A stretch of DNA of 33,313 bases, taken from assembly GCA_964436395.1 (NCBI GenBank), contig CAYTDU010000003.1:1-33313 (forward strand), written 5' to 3'. Shown in pieces: positions 16,237-25,288 of the stretch. The stretch comes from an uncultured Gemmatimonadaceae bacterium (lineage in GTDB: Bacteria > Gemmatimonadota > Gemmatimonadetes > Gemmatimonadales > GWC2-71-9). The translations under genes and the position numbers were made by a program. Under the pieces are notes generated by a model. The model was not told the origin of the DNA. It saw only the letters and a program-made list of their open reading frames with translations, and searched no databases. Each line of letters begins with the position of its first letter. The first letter of the stretch is position 1.

Positions 16237-18654
16237 ATGCGTGCCTCGACATTGAAACGCGCTACAGTAGTCAGTTGGGTGCCGGTCACGGTTTTGGCTT
16301 TGCTCGCTACTCTATGCAGTGGTGATGGAAATGCGCAGCGAGGTGAGCAGCAGGACACCGTGCAGGTTTTTCTCGTTACACCAACCATCGACACGCTGTC
16401 GACCGACTCGCTCATCGCTCAGCTACTCCTACAACGGGATGCAGTATTGCGAGCCGGGCAGGCGGAAGCCGCAGTGCCCATTTCCTTCCGGGAGCTTCAG
16501 CCCGCGGTCGGCAAGGTATTTGTGCTCGGCCTCTTTCCCGATCTGTCGTATGACGCCACCGCCCATCGAGTGACTCGCACTAGCGAGACGGATTTCAGGT
16601 GGGCGGGCCGAGTACTTGGCGACAGCCGGAGTAGAGTGACGCTCGTAGTCAGAAACGGAGGACTCACCGGAACTGTCCGCACCGGCGGAAGGTTGTTCCA
16701 GATCAAGCCAATTGCCGGTAGCCTGCACGCGGTTGTTGAGATCGACCAGAGTGCGCTTGTTCTCGAAGTGCTCCCGGATACCGGCAGCATCCACGATGAA
16801 GAGGAAGACGCGGGAATAAGGTCAGGAGGACCGCGTTTTAGTTCGGAGGAACCCATCGGGGCGCCAACGACAGAGGTGGATGATCCTTACGACCCGCCAG
16901 CCGAGCTTGCCCGTGGGGGCTACAACAATGGCGGGAGACCGAGTGTCGCAAGCCGAACGACGGCGTCCGATGCAACGCCCGGCGTTTGGGATTTGATGCC
17001 GGACGCCAGCTGCCCTGATCTGACTGTCGACGCTTGGCCGAGAATCTCAATCCTCGTGGCGTACACGCCTGCTTCCGTGGATGGGTATGGGGGAGACATC
17101 GTGGCGGATATCGAGGAGGCGGTTCTGCAGACCAACGAGGCTTTCATCGAGAGCGGAATCCACCAGCGGTTGGAGCTGGTGCACGTAACCGAGGCTGAAG
17201 GTTACGATGGTGATGAGTGCGAAGACTCCGTCTGCCCTGCTGACGCCAAGACCCTGCGGAATGCGCTGCGCGCAGGAACCGACCCAATCCTTTCGGATAT
17301 TCACGCGCTGCGTGAAGATTGCCACGCTGACGTCGTAGCGCTTTGGATCAGACCAAACGCTGGTGGCAATGCTTTCATTATGGAGAAGGTGAGCCATGAG
17401 ATGGCGGATTCCGCATTCGCGGTCGTCGCCAGCGATGCCGCATCGGCGGGTTATGTATTCGCTCATGAGGTCGGACACATCATGGGTGCTCGCCACGAGC
17501 GAGCTTTCGACTCCAAAGATGGACAACCCTTCAACTACAATCATGGTTATGTCAGCAACGTCTTCGGCGAGGTCGGTATCATGGCGCTTGGAATCGGCAC
17601 TGGCTTCGACAAGGCCGGGTGGTATTCCAATCCCGACATCGGCAATGAAGGAGAATTCGGAATTCCGTCCACGGACCCGGGTGCAGCCGACAACAGAAAG
17701 ACTTTGAACAACACCGCTGCAACCGTCGCGAGATTCAGGATGACGCCCGCATGGTTCCTGTCGGCGAGCGCCGAAAGCCCTTGGCTGGAGTTGAGGGTGT
17801 CAGATTACGGTCTCTCGGACTTGGCCTTTGGCGATTTCAACGGTGACGGGGAAACAGATGTGTTCCGCGTTGAGGGAGTTGATGGAGGCTCGTGGTGGGT
17901 CTCGTATAGCGGGAAGGGGGATTGGGAGATGCTGAACACGGTGGATCCTGGAGCTTATCCTCTTTCTGAGCTGGCGTTTGCAGATTTTGACAATGATGGA
18001 GTTACGGACGTCTTTCGAGCAGAAGATACAGGTGGTGGAACGTGGAAGGTGTCCTACGCTGCGTCAGGTACGTGGGATGTACTCCATACCGGGGTTGGCA
18101 ACTTCACAGTCGATGAACTCGTGTTTGGAAATTTCGTTGGCGACGCACAAGTAGATGTATTTCGCACAGAAGGTATGGCTGGCGAGAGTTGGCAGGTGTG
18201 GCCCCACGGAGCGACAGCATGGGATGAACTCAACTCGAGCATGGGGCACAACGGAGTCTCGGACCTGGCCTTTGCTGACATCGACGGTAACGGCACTACA
18301 GACGTTTTGGCGAGGGGAAGAGGCGTTGAATTCCAGTGGTTGGTTGTCTCGGACGGGGGCGCTGGGCAGTGGCGGCGCTTCAAGCACGCTTTCCCGCCGT
18401 GGCTGGGCCTCTTTCAGCTTGAGAGAATGGCCTTCGCTGATTTCGACGGGGACGGAGATGACGACATTATGACGTTTGGGAGTCAGAACGAGTGGTACGT
18501 TTCCCTCAGCGACGATCTCACTGGCTCGGGAGGTTTCGTTTCCCTCGACCCAACGGCGGTGAATTACTCATGCTACCATATGCCCGATTTGCGTTTTGGC
18601 GACTTCAACGGTGATGGAGTGGCTGACGCGTTCCGAGTAGGAGTACGTCCGTAG
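16237..18654 (+). CDS. secreted metzincin-type zinc metalloprotease fused to an FG-GAP/VCBS-like beta-propeller
   Basis: 805 aa with an AGGAG RBS and a signal peptide (VTVLALLATLCSGDGNAQ). Carries HEVGHIMGARH (HExxHxxGxxH). Six C-terminal repeats follow the pattern L.F.DF.GDG..DVFR. Confidence 0.85.
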   Translation: MRASTLKRATVVSWVPVTVLALLATLCSGDGNAQRGEQQDTVQVFLVTPTIDTLSTDSLIAQLLLQRDAVLRAGQAEAAVPISFRELQPAVGKVFVLGLFPDLSYDATAHRVTRTSETDFRWAGRVLGDSRSRVTLVVRNGGLTGTVRTGGRLFQIKPIAGSLHAVVEIDQSALVLEVLPDTGSIHDEEEDAGIRSGGPRFSSEEPIGAPTTEVDDPYDPPAELARGGYNNGGRPSVASRTTASDATPGVWDLMPDASCPDLTVDAWPRISILVAYTPASVDGYGGDIVADIEEAVLQTNEAFIESGIHQRLELVHVTEAEGYDGDECEDSVCPADAKTLRNALRAGTDPILSDIHALREDCHADVVALWIRPNAGGNAFIMEKVSHEMADSAFAVVASDAASAGYVFAHEVGHIMGARHERAFDSKDGQPFNYNHGYVSNVFGEVGIMALGIGTGFDKAGWYSNPDIGNEGEFGIPSTDPGAADNRKTLNNTAATVARFRMTPAWFLSASAESPWLELRVSDYGLSDLAFGDFNGDGETDVFRVEGVDGGSWWVSYSGKGDWEMLNTVDPGAYPLSELAFADFDNDGVTDVFRAEDTGGGTWKVSYAASGTWDVLHTGVGNFTVDELVFGNFVGDAQVDVFRTEGMAGESWQVWPHGATAWDELNSSMGHNGVSDLAFADIDGNGTTDVLARGRGVEFQWLVVSDGGAGQWRRFKHAFPPWLGLFQLERMAFADFDGDGDDDIMTFGSQNEWYVSLSDDLTGSGGFVSLDPTAVNYSCYHMPDLRFGDFNGDGVADAFRVGVRP

Positions 18655-18761
18655 GCCGCATCACCGGAGTGTACGAGATCGTGGCGCCGGCAGGGGAGGT
18701 CGCCGATAGGCGAAAGTGCTCAAGGAAAGGTGCGAGAGGATGAGGGCATGCGAGAGGTCCG

Positions 18762-21608
18762 ATGATCGACGTTGACAGCCTACAGGCCGCCCTAGGCGAC
18801 TCGTACGCTGTTATCGAGGAGATCGGTCGTGGCGGAATGGCAGTGGTTTATCGAGCCCACGACCTCAGGCACGATCGCGACGTCGCAATCAAGGTGCTCA
18901 GACCTGAGCTGGCCGTGGCGGTAGGGGCAGAGCGGTTTCTCCGAGAGATCAAGATCGAAGCACAGTTGCAGCACCCTCATATTCTTACGCTCCATGACTC
19001 CGGCCACTTCGGGGAAATCCTCTACTATGTGATGCCTCTCATCGAAGGTGAATCGCTGCGCGACAGGCTGTCACGCGAACAGCAACTCTCATTCGACGAT
19101 GCCACGAAAATCGCATGTGAGGTAGCGGAGGGACTCGGGTACGCCCATTCAAAGGGAATTGTGCATCGTGACGTCAAACCCGAGAATATCCTGCTGACCT
19201 CAGAGCACGCCATCCTGGCCGATTTCGGTATTGCGCAGGCTGTGTCGAATACGGACGCAGAGCAACTCACCGGTAGTGGCGTCGCTTTGGGAACGCCTAT
19301 GTACATGAGTCCGGAGCAGGCTACGGGAACGGATAGGGTCGACGGGCGGAGCGACATCTATTCGCTCGGATGCGTTCTCTTTGAAATGCTTACCGGTGAA
19401 CCTCCGTTCACGGGGAGGACGGCTCAGGCCGTCATCGCCAGGCACGTACAGGAGAGAGTGCCGTCCATTGAGGTTGTTCGTCCCGGGATCCCGTTCCGGC
19501 TCGTCAACGTCGTCGAAAGATCATTGGCGAAGACACCGGCAGACCGGTTCACCGGAGCCGATGAGTTCATTTCTGCCCTTCTGTCATCTCCTGAGGAGGA
19601 GCCTGAACCTCGTGGGTTTGCGCGGCTCATTCGCACGTGGGCATTCAGGATTGCGGCGACCGCCATCATGGTCGTTGCGGGGATCACGGGCTGGTTCGGT
19701 TTGCAGGCTCCGTCGCTATCGATTTCCGCGAACAAGGTCGCCGTGTTCCCGATAGCGGAGAGTGGACTCCCGATAGCGGAGAGCGGGGTTGGGCTCGGAG
19801 TCACGTATCTGATAGAAGCCGCGCTGGATCGCGCGGCGCCGTTGAAATTCATTGACGTTGCTCCGTGGCTGGACGAACGACAACTCGCCAATCCCGAACG
19901 CATCACAGCGGACGCAGCCAGGCGGATCGCGCTCGACAGGGGCGCGGCATACCATCTGGGTGGAGTGGTTCAGGGTCACGGAGATTCGACCACCGTGATC
20001 CTTCGCCTCGGCGATGTCCTGGCAGACACTCTGATCGACCAAACGAGTGCAACTGGGCTATCTGGCAGGGATCCGCTGCACCACCTTGGGATCGACGCCG
20101 TGAAGGCACTGCTTCCAAAGCTCATCGATCCCGGACGTGATGTTGATCTCGCGCCACTTCGGGACCGCCAGGTTGACGCAGTCGCTCTTTGGTTTCAGGG
20201 TGAAAGCCAATACCGGAATTCGAGGTTCGGTGCGGCACTCGACTTCTATCGCCGCTCGTTTGAAGCAGATTCTGCGTTGGTCCTTTCTGCTGTGAAAGGA
20301 GCACAGGCCGCGAGTTGGGTGCACCGCAGTCAAGAGGCGGACGACCTCGTCAGAGTCGCCGTGGAGCACGATACGCTTCTTCCAAGCCGATACGCGTCGT
20401 TTGCGAGAGGCCTGAACGGCTTCCTGTCAGGGAATGCGGACAGCGCAATCTTCTGGTATCGCGAGACTCTCGCCGAAGACCCGGAATGGGCCGAGGCCTT
20501 CGTGGCACTTGGAGAGGTGTACTATCACCTTCTTCCATCCTCTGGGCCTCTTGACTCTTTAGCTGAAACGCGATTCACGGTAGCTCTTAATCACGATAGC
20601 ACGTTTGCGCCTGCGCTTTTTCACCTGACTGAGATGGCAATTCGCAGGGGTGATGACAGTAGAGCCAATCTACTGTTGGAGCGGTATCGACGTGCTGGTC
20701 CGGATCCTCTACTGGTCCGGCAGCTCGAACTCATGGCTGGCTGTGTGCAGGGTGGCAGAGTCGATTGGCCGGATGCCGCAACACGGAGTCCGCGGGCGGC
20801 GGCCCGAGCTGGAATGTCGTTGTCGGTAGGGGGGGGGCAACATGTCTGTGCGGAGGAAGCGTTTAGGGCAGTCCTGAGGTCTGACAGCACGTCGGCTGGC
20901 GAACGGTTCGGCGCCCTCTTGGGTATTCAGGGATTGCTGATTGCGACTGGTCGCAATACGCAGGCTCTCACCCTCCTCGATTCGCTGATAGCATCGGGCA
21001 ACGGACTGGCCCAATCCCTTTATGTGCTATATACGCTGGCCGGTGCGCCGATGGATTCCGGGGCGCAGGAACTGGAGGCGTTTGCACAGCGGGTTTTCGG
21101 CCAGAACTATGAGCGGCTCCCCGGCACTGAGTCGCACTGGGTGCTAGGTGTGTGGCACGCATATCTGGGGGAAGCAGAGAAGGTTGCGGTGCTCGAGCGA
21201 GCGCTTGATGAGAGAGCGAACCGAACCGGGTTCGCACGAGACCGAATGTACGCCGACGCGCTTGCGGCACATTCTGCGTTGCTGCGGAACGACACCACCG
21301 AAGCCATTGACAGAATGCGAGCTCTGAAATCATCCGCGCCACTTGGTGATGTGGCGTGGAAACACGGTGCCGCTTTGCCAGTGGAGCGCCTCTTACTCGC
21401 GGAACTCCTGCTGGCGCAGGGGCGCTACAGAGAGAGTTACGAGGCTGCAAGAGTGTTCGACCATCCAGGGCCTATGATGTTTCTGGCTTTTCTGCCCCAG
21501 AGCCTCTCTGTCCGGTATCGCGCGGCAACGGCGATGGGGAATTCAGATTTGGCTGCTTTGAGTCGGGACCGTCTACTCAGCTTGGGACGCGAAGACTTAA
21601 TCCGGTGA
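18762..21608 (+). CDS. Hanks-type Ser/Thr protein kinase with one TM helix and a long TPR-like ectodomain (STK1)
   Basis: 948 aa. Contains GRGGMAVVY, VAIKVL, HRDVKPENIL, DFG and MSPEQ. The TM helix is FRIAATAIMVVAGITGWFGL, followed by about 630 helical-repeat residues. Confidence 0.9.
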   Translation: MIDVDSLQAALGDSYAVIEEIGRGGMAVVYRAHDLRHDRDVAIKVLRPELAVAVGAERFLREIKIEAQLQHPHILTLHDSGHFGEILYYVMPLIEGESLRDRLSREQQLSFDDATKIACEVAEGLGYAHSKGIVHRDVKPENILLTSEHAILADFGIAQAVSNTDAEQLTGSGVALGTPMYMSPEQATGTDRVDGRSDIYSLGCVLFEMLTGEPPFTGRTAQAVIARHVQERVPSIEVVRPGIPFRLVNVVERSLAKTPADRFTGADEFISALLSSPEEEPEPRGFARLIRTWAFRIAATAIMVVAGITGWFGLQAPSLSISANKVAVFPIAESGLPIAESGVGLGVTYLIEAALDRAAPLKFIDVAPWLDERQLANPERITADAARRIALDRGAAYHLGGVVQGHGDSTTVILRLGDVLADTLIDQTSATGLSGRDPLHHLGIDAVKALLPKLIDPGRDVDLAPLRDRQVDAVALWFQGESQYRNSRFGAALDFYRRSFEADSALVLSAVKGAQAASWVHRSQEADDLVRVAVEHDTLLPSRYASFARGLNGFLSGNADSAIFWYRETLAEDPEWAEAFVALGEVYYHLLPSSGPLDSLAETRFTVALNHDSTFAPALFHLTEMAIRRGDDSRANLLLERYRRAGPDPLLVRQLELMAGCVQGGRVDWPDAATRSPRAAARAGMSLSVGGGQHVCAEEAFRAVLRSDSTSAGERFGALLGIQGLLIATGRNTQALTLLDSLIASGNGLAQSLYVLYTLAGAPMDSGAQELEAFAQRVFGQNYERLPGTESHWVLGVWHAYLGEAEKVAVLERALDERANRTGFARDRMYADALAAHSALLRNDTTEAIDRMRALKSSAPLGDVAWKHGAALPVERLLLAELLLAQGRYRESYEAARVFDHPGPMMFLAFLPQSLSVRYRAATAMGNSDLAALSRDRLLSLGREDLIR

Positions 21609-21638
21609 TGTTGGTGTAACTAACTCTGGAGGTGACAA

Positions 21639-21929
21639 ATGCGTCAGAAGCCTTTCGCAGGAATCGGTGCAATGGGACTCTTCGCTTGTGGCTTGGCCCT
21701 CTCGGTCAGTGGGTGCTGCGGCGACTGTGTCACGACGACGGAGTTTGAACGAAGAATGGGCAGGATCACGCAATCTGGAAAAGAAATCGAGCGGTGGGCT
21801 GACGAAGCGCAGACTTTTATGATGGAGGTGCAAGCAATACTCGCAAGGCTTGACCCCGGTGGAGACCCACCCAATCCTCCCGACCCGCCAGCGTGCGAAG
21901 AAGAACCTTGCCCCTGGGGCCTGGAGTAA
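21639..21929 (+). CDS. small Cys/Pro-rich lipoprotein
   Basis: 96 aa with a GGAGG RBS 7 nt upstream. The signal peptide has the lipobox LSVSG|C. The mature protein starts CCGDC and ends DPGGDPPNPPDPPACEEEPCPWGLE. Confidence 0.7.
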   Translation: MRQKPFAGIGAMGLFACGLALSVSGCCGDCVTTTEFERRMGRITQSGKEIERWADEAQTFMMEVQAILARLDPGGDPPNPPDPPACEEEPCPWGLE

Positions 21930-22449
21930 ACACCTGCTTTGAGTTGAGAATCCCCGGCCTGTCGGTGTCGATGGTCTAGGAGAGAGTTACCAGGTCATTC
22001 GGTACGATGAAGTTGATAATCGCTGCGGTAATCCCACATGCCCGGAGGCTGTGATCCTCCGGGCTGCATCGGAATCAGCCGATTGGACCGTGTGCACGGC
22101 CACAACTGTTCTTCCTGTATCTGACTTGAGTAACAAAGGCCTACACGCTGAGCAGTAGGGCCCCTGAATGAAAACATTTGTCACAGCGGTTACGTCAGTC
22201 GAAACCCAGCTTGTGTCGAACTTGGTCCAGCACCCTACTCTAACTCGCCCAGGATCTCCGGAAGCAACGAAAAGTCGTTCGCAGAGTTTTTTGCGGGGAG
22301 CTGGCGGGGTGGATTGGTGCAAAGATGTCTCATAGCGAAATGAGAATCGCCACCAACCTCGAAGCACCCAACACGCACCAACCAGCCCATCCTAGCGAAG
22401 CACCGTTCTAAGGTGCACATTATCTGCCCCGTCTTCCGCGGATCACGAT

Positions 22450-25269
22450 CTGAACAACCTCATTGATCGTCTTGGCAACGCCCTCGAAGGCAAATACACG
22501 GTCGAGCGAGAGATCGGTCACGGAGGTATGTCCAACGTCTTCCTGGTCCATGACCTGAAGCACCACAGGGACGTAGCGCTCAAAGTGCTGCGCCCGGAAC
22601 TGGCAGTGTCGGTCGCCGCGGAGCGCTTTCTACGTGAGATCGAGATCGGCGCATCACTTCAACATCCTCACATCCTTCCCCTGTTCGAGTCAGGTGAAGC
22701 AGCGGGGCTGCTCTACTACTCGATGCCGTATGTTGAAGGTGAGACGCTCCGCGAGAAGCTCCGGCGCGAAACCCAACTCGCGCTGAACGATGCACTGAGT
22801 ATTGCGGAACAAGTCTCAGACGCTGTTGCATTCGCCCACAACCACAACGTCGTTCACCGAGACATAAAACCCGAGAACATCCTGCTCACCGACGGTCACG
22901 CTACGGTGGCTGATTTCGGGGTCGCACGAGCGATAAGCGAGGCTGGAGGAGAGGAACTCACAGGGTCGGGCATCGCAGTCGGTACTCCAACCTACATGAG
23001 CCCCGAGCAGGCACTCGCTTCTGCTGACATTGATCAGAGAAGCGACGTGTATTCACTCGGGTTGGTTGTCTACGAAATGTTGGCCGGCGAACCACCGTTC
23101 ACAGGGCCGACGCCTGTAGCCGTACTGGCGCGACATGCCAATGAAAAAGTCCCTCCACTGGAGGTCTTACGGCCAAATGTGCCAAGTGGCGTTGTGGTGG
23201 TCATTGAAAAGGCGCTCGAGAAAGTGCCCGCCGACCGATACCAGACAGCATCCGCATTCGCCCACGCTCTGAAAGAGGGTGTGACCTCGGAGGTTCGGCT
23301 CGTTCGCATCGGGACAAGACGCAGACGCTGGGCGTTTGCAGTGGCCGTGCCCATTTTGTTGGTGGTTCTGCTCCTCGCTTGGTGGGTGGGTTTAGGTACC
23401 TCGGGCACCACGAACCCGGATTGGGTGATCGTCTATCCGCTCGAGGTGTCTGGTACAGTCGATCTGGCAGACGTTGGGCTCGGCGAGGATAACGCCTATC
23501 TCATCTGGAATGCACTCGACGGCCGTAGTTCGCTCAAGTGGATCAATGCGCTCGATCTGGTCGACGACCCGGCGGAGTTGAGACTCTTGTCTTCCAGCAG
23601 GAGGAGATCAATTGCACGAGCGGCTGCGGCGGGCTTCTACCTCACCGGTCGTGCATGGCGGGAAGGCAATAGCTGGCGCACATACTTGACACTTCATGAA
23701 ACCACCGGTGATTCCGTCGTCGCACGTGCCGACACTGTTGGACCGCATGGCGAGGCTCGCCTGCTTGGAGTGCGAGCAGTCGGACAGCTCCTGTTGCGGT
23801 TTCTTCCGGAAGAAACAGTCGATGTATCGGCGATCGCGGGACGGAAGGCCGAGGCAGTGCAGGCATTCGTCCAGGCAGAAAGGCATTTCCATGCCGGCCG
23901 GTTCGTGAATGCGTTCGACTATTACAGCGCGGCAGTGAATATGGATTCAGGGTTCGCACTTGCAGCGGTCAAGGGCGCTCAAGCAGCGAGCTGGAGCCAC
24001 GAGGTCGAAACGGCCACAGACTTGGTGACCGTTGCTCTGCGGCATTCCGAGAGTCTGACTCAGAAACACCAACATTTCGCCCGCGGTATCGAGGCTTTCT
24101 TGGCTGCGAAGGCTGACACCGCGGTGTACCACTTCGAACAAGCCCTTGTAATCGACAGAGAATGGACGGAAGCATGGACCGGGTTGGGTGAGGTCTACAT
24201 GCATCTGTTGCCGCGAAACGCCCCGCAAGATTCTTTGGCAGAAGATGCGTTTCGCCGAGTGTACGAGAACACGAGTGGCTCCGCGCCGGCACTATTCCAT
24301 CTGATCGAGTTCGCCATTCGCGACCGCGACCTCCCGCGAGCTTCGAGACTGCTCGAGCAGTACCGAGCGGCATCTCCCGATACGACCGGATACGCCGTGA
24401 AGAAGCTCGAGTTGATGATGAGCTGTGCCGACGTTGGCCCCGACGATATGGATTGGCACGAACACGCGATCCGCGATGTGGAGTCGGTAGCTCAGGCAGC
24501 TAGATCACTAGGGGTCGGAGGTGCTCATGCAAGATGCTCACTAGAAGCATGGCGTGCTGTACGAGAGCATGCACCTGACACGAATCCGTGGCGATTCGCG
24601 GCATGGATGGGTTTTCAGAGTCTCCTCGTGGCAACTGGCCAGGACGCAGAACTGTCGGCTCTGCTGGACACAACTACTGAGTTTGGCGGCACGACGAAGC
24701 TAGTTGCCATCACGGACGCATTGGTAGGTGCGACGGTGAACCACCAGGCTGAGGCGGTTGCGGCTGAACTCCGCGGCACATTGTTCGACATGAACGACTT
24801 CCGCCACTGGTTCCTCGGAGTCTGGGCTGCCTATCGCGGTAGGCTGGATGAGGCCCGCACGATACGCGACAGCTTGACCGCCCGTGCTGCTCGCACCGGC
24901 AATCGCAGAACGACGCTCGTTGCGAGGTCTATGGGGGCTCATGCGGCGCTTGTCGAAGGCGACACCGCGCTCGCAATTGCGCTGCTCAACGCGCTCGCGC
25001 CGACCGCTGACAGGGCTAGCCTGCAGCATCCCTGGGAGGCGCTCGCTTTGGAGAGGTTGGTATTGGCGCGTACGTTGGTGGCCAGGGGTAGACACGATGA
25101 GGCGCATCTGGTAGCCAGGACGTTCGACTCACCTGGCGCCACCAACATCATCAATACGGCCTTTCTGCCTGCCAGTCTGAGAATTAGAATAGCAGCCGCT
25201 GAAGGGATGGGCGAACCGCGGAAAGCTGATGAGTATCGCCGCCGGCTCGCTGTGCTTCAACCCGGCTAG
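22450..25269 (+). CDS. Ser/Thr protein kinase, paralog of STK1 (STK2); start codon unresolved
   Basis: Same architecture as STK1: VALKVL, HRDIKPENIL, DFG, SPEQ and the TM helix FAVAVPILLVVLLLAWWVGL. The first ATG (22528) lies inside the Gly-loop. The 5' end given here is the only in-frame CTG upstream. Confidence 0.8.
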   Translation: MNNLIDRLGNALEGKYTVEREIGHGGMSNVFLVHDLKHHRDVALKVLRPELAVSVAAERFLREIEIGASLQHPHILPLFESGEAAGLLYYSMPYVEGETLREKLRRETQLALNDALSIAEQVSDAVAFAHNHNVVHRDIKPENILLTDGHATVADFGVARAISEAGGEELTGSGIAVGTPTYMSPEQALASADIDQRSDVYSLGLVVYEMLAGEPPFTGPTPVAVLARHANEKVPPLEVLRPNVPSGVVVVIEKALEKVPADRYQTASAFAHALKEGVTSEVRLVRIGTRRRRWAFAVAVPILLVVLLLAWWVGLGTSGTTNPDWVIVYPLEVSGTVDLADVGLGEDNAYLIWNALDGRSSLKWINALDLVDDPAELRLLSSSRRRSIARAAAAGFYLTGRAWREGNSWRTYLTLHETTGDSVVARADTVGPHGEARLLGVRAVGQLLLRFLPEETVDVSAIAGRKAEAVQAFVQAERHFHAGRFVNAFDYYSAAVNMDSGFALAAVKGAQAASWSHEVETATDLVTVALRHSESLTQKHQHFARGIEAFLAAKADTAVYHFEQALVIDREWTEAWTGLGEVYMHLLPRNAPQDSLAEDAFRRVYENTSGSAPALFHLIEFAIRDRDLPRASRLLEQYRAASPDTTGYAVKKLELMMSCADVGPDDMDWHEHAIRDVESVAQAARSLGVGGAHARCSLEAWRAVREHAPDTNPWRFAAWMGFQSLLVATGQDAELSALLDTTTEFGGTTKLVAITDALVGATVNHQAEAVAAELRGTLFDMNDFRHWFLGVWAAYRGRLDEARTIRDSLTARAARTGNRRTTLVARSMGAHAALVEGDTALAIALLNALAPTADRASLQHPWEALALERLVLARTLVARGRHDEAHLVARTFDSPGATNIINTAFLPASLRIRIAAAEGMGEPRKADEYRRRLAVLQPG

Positions 25270-25288
25270 TCGGCCAGTCCGTTTCTCC

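Noticed and set aside
15428-16325. ORFs 15428..16141(-), 237 aa, and 15672..16325(+), 217 aa, in the long intergenic region.
   Set aside because: Both overlap well-supported genes at their ends, lack an RBS and have Pro/Ser/Cys/Arg-rich composition with no motifs. I treated them as non-coding and flagged the region as a finding instead.
21987-22367. 126-aa minus-strand ORF in the lipoprotein-STK2 spacer.
   Set aside because: It has no RBS and no recognisable motif, and it runs opposite to all neighbours. I kept the region as a non-coding finding.
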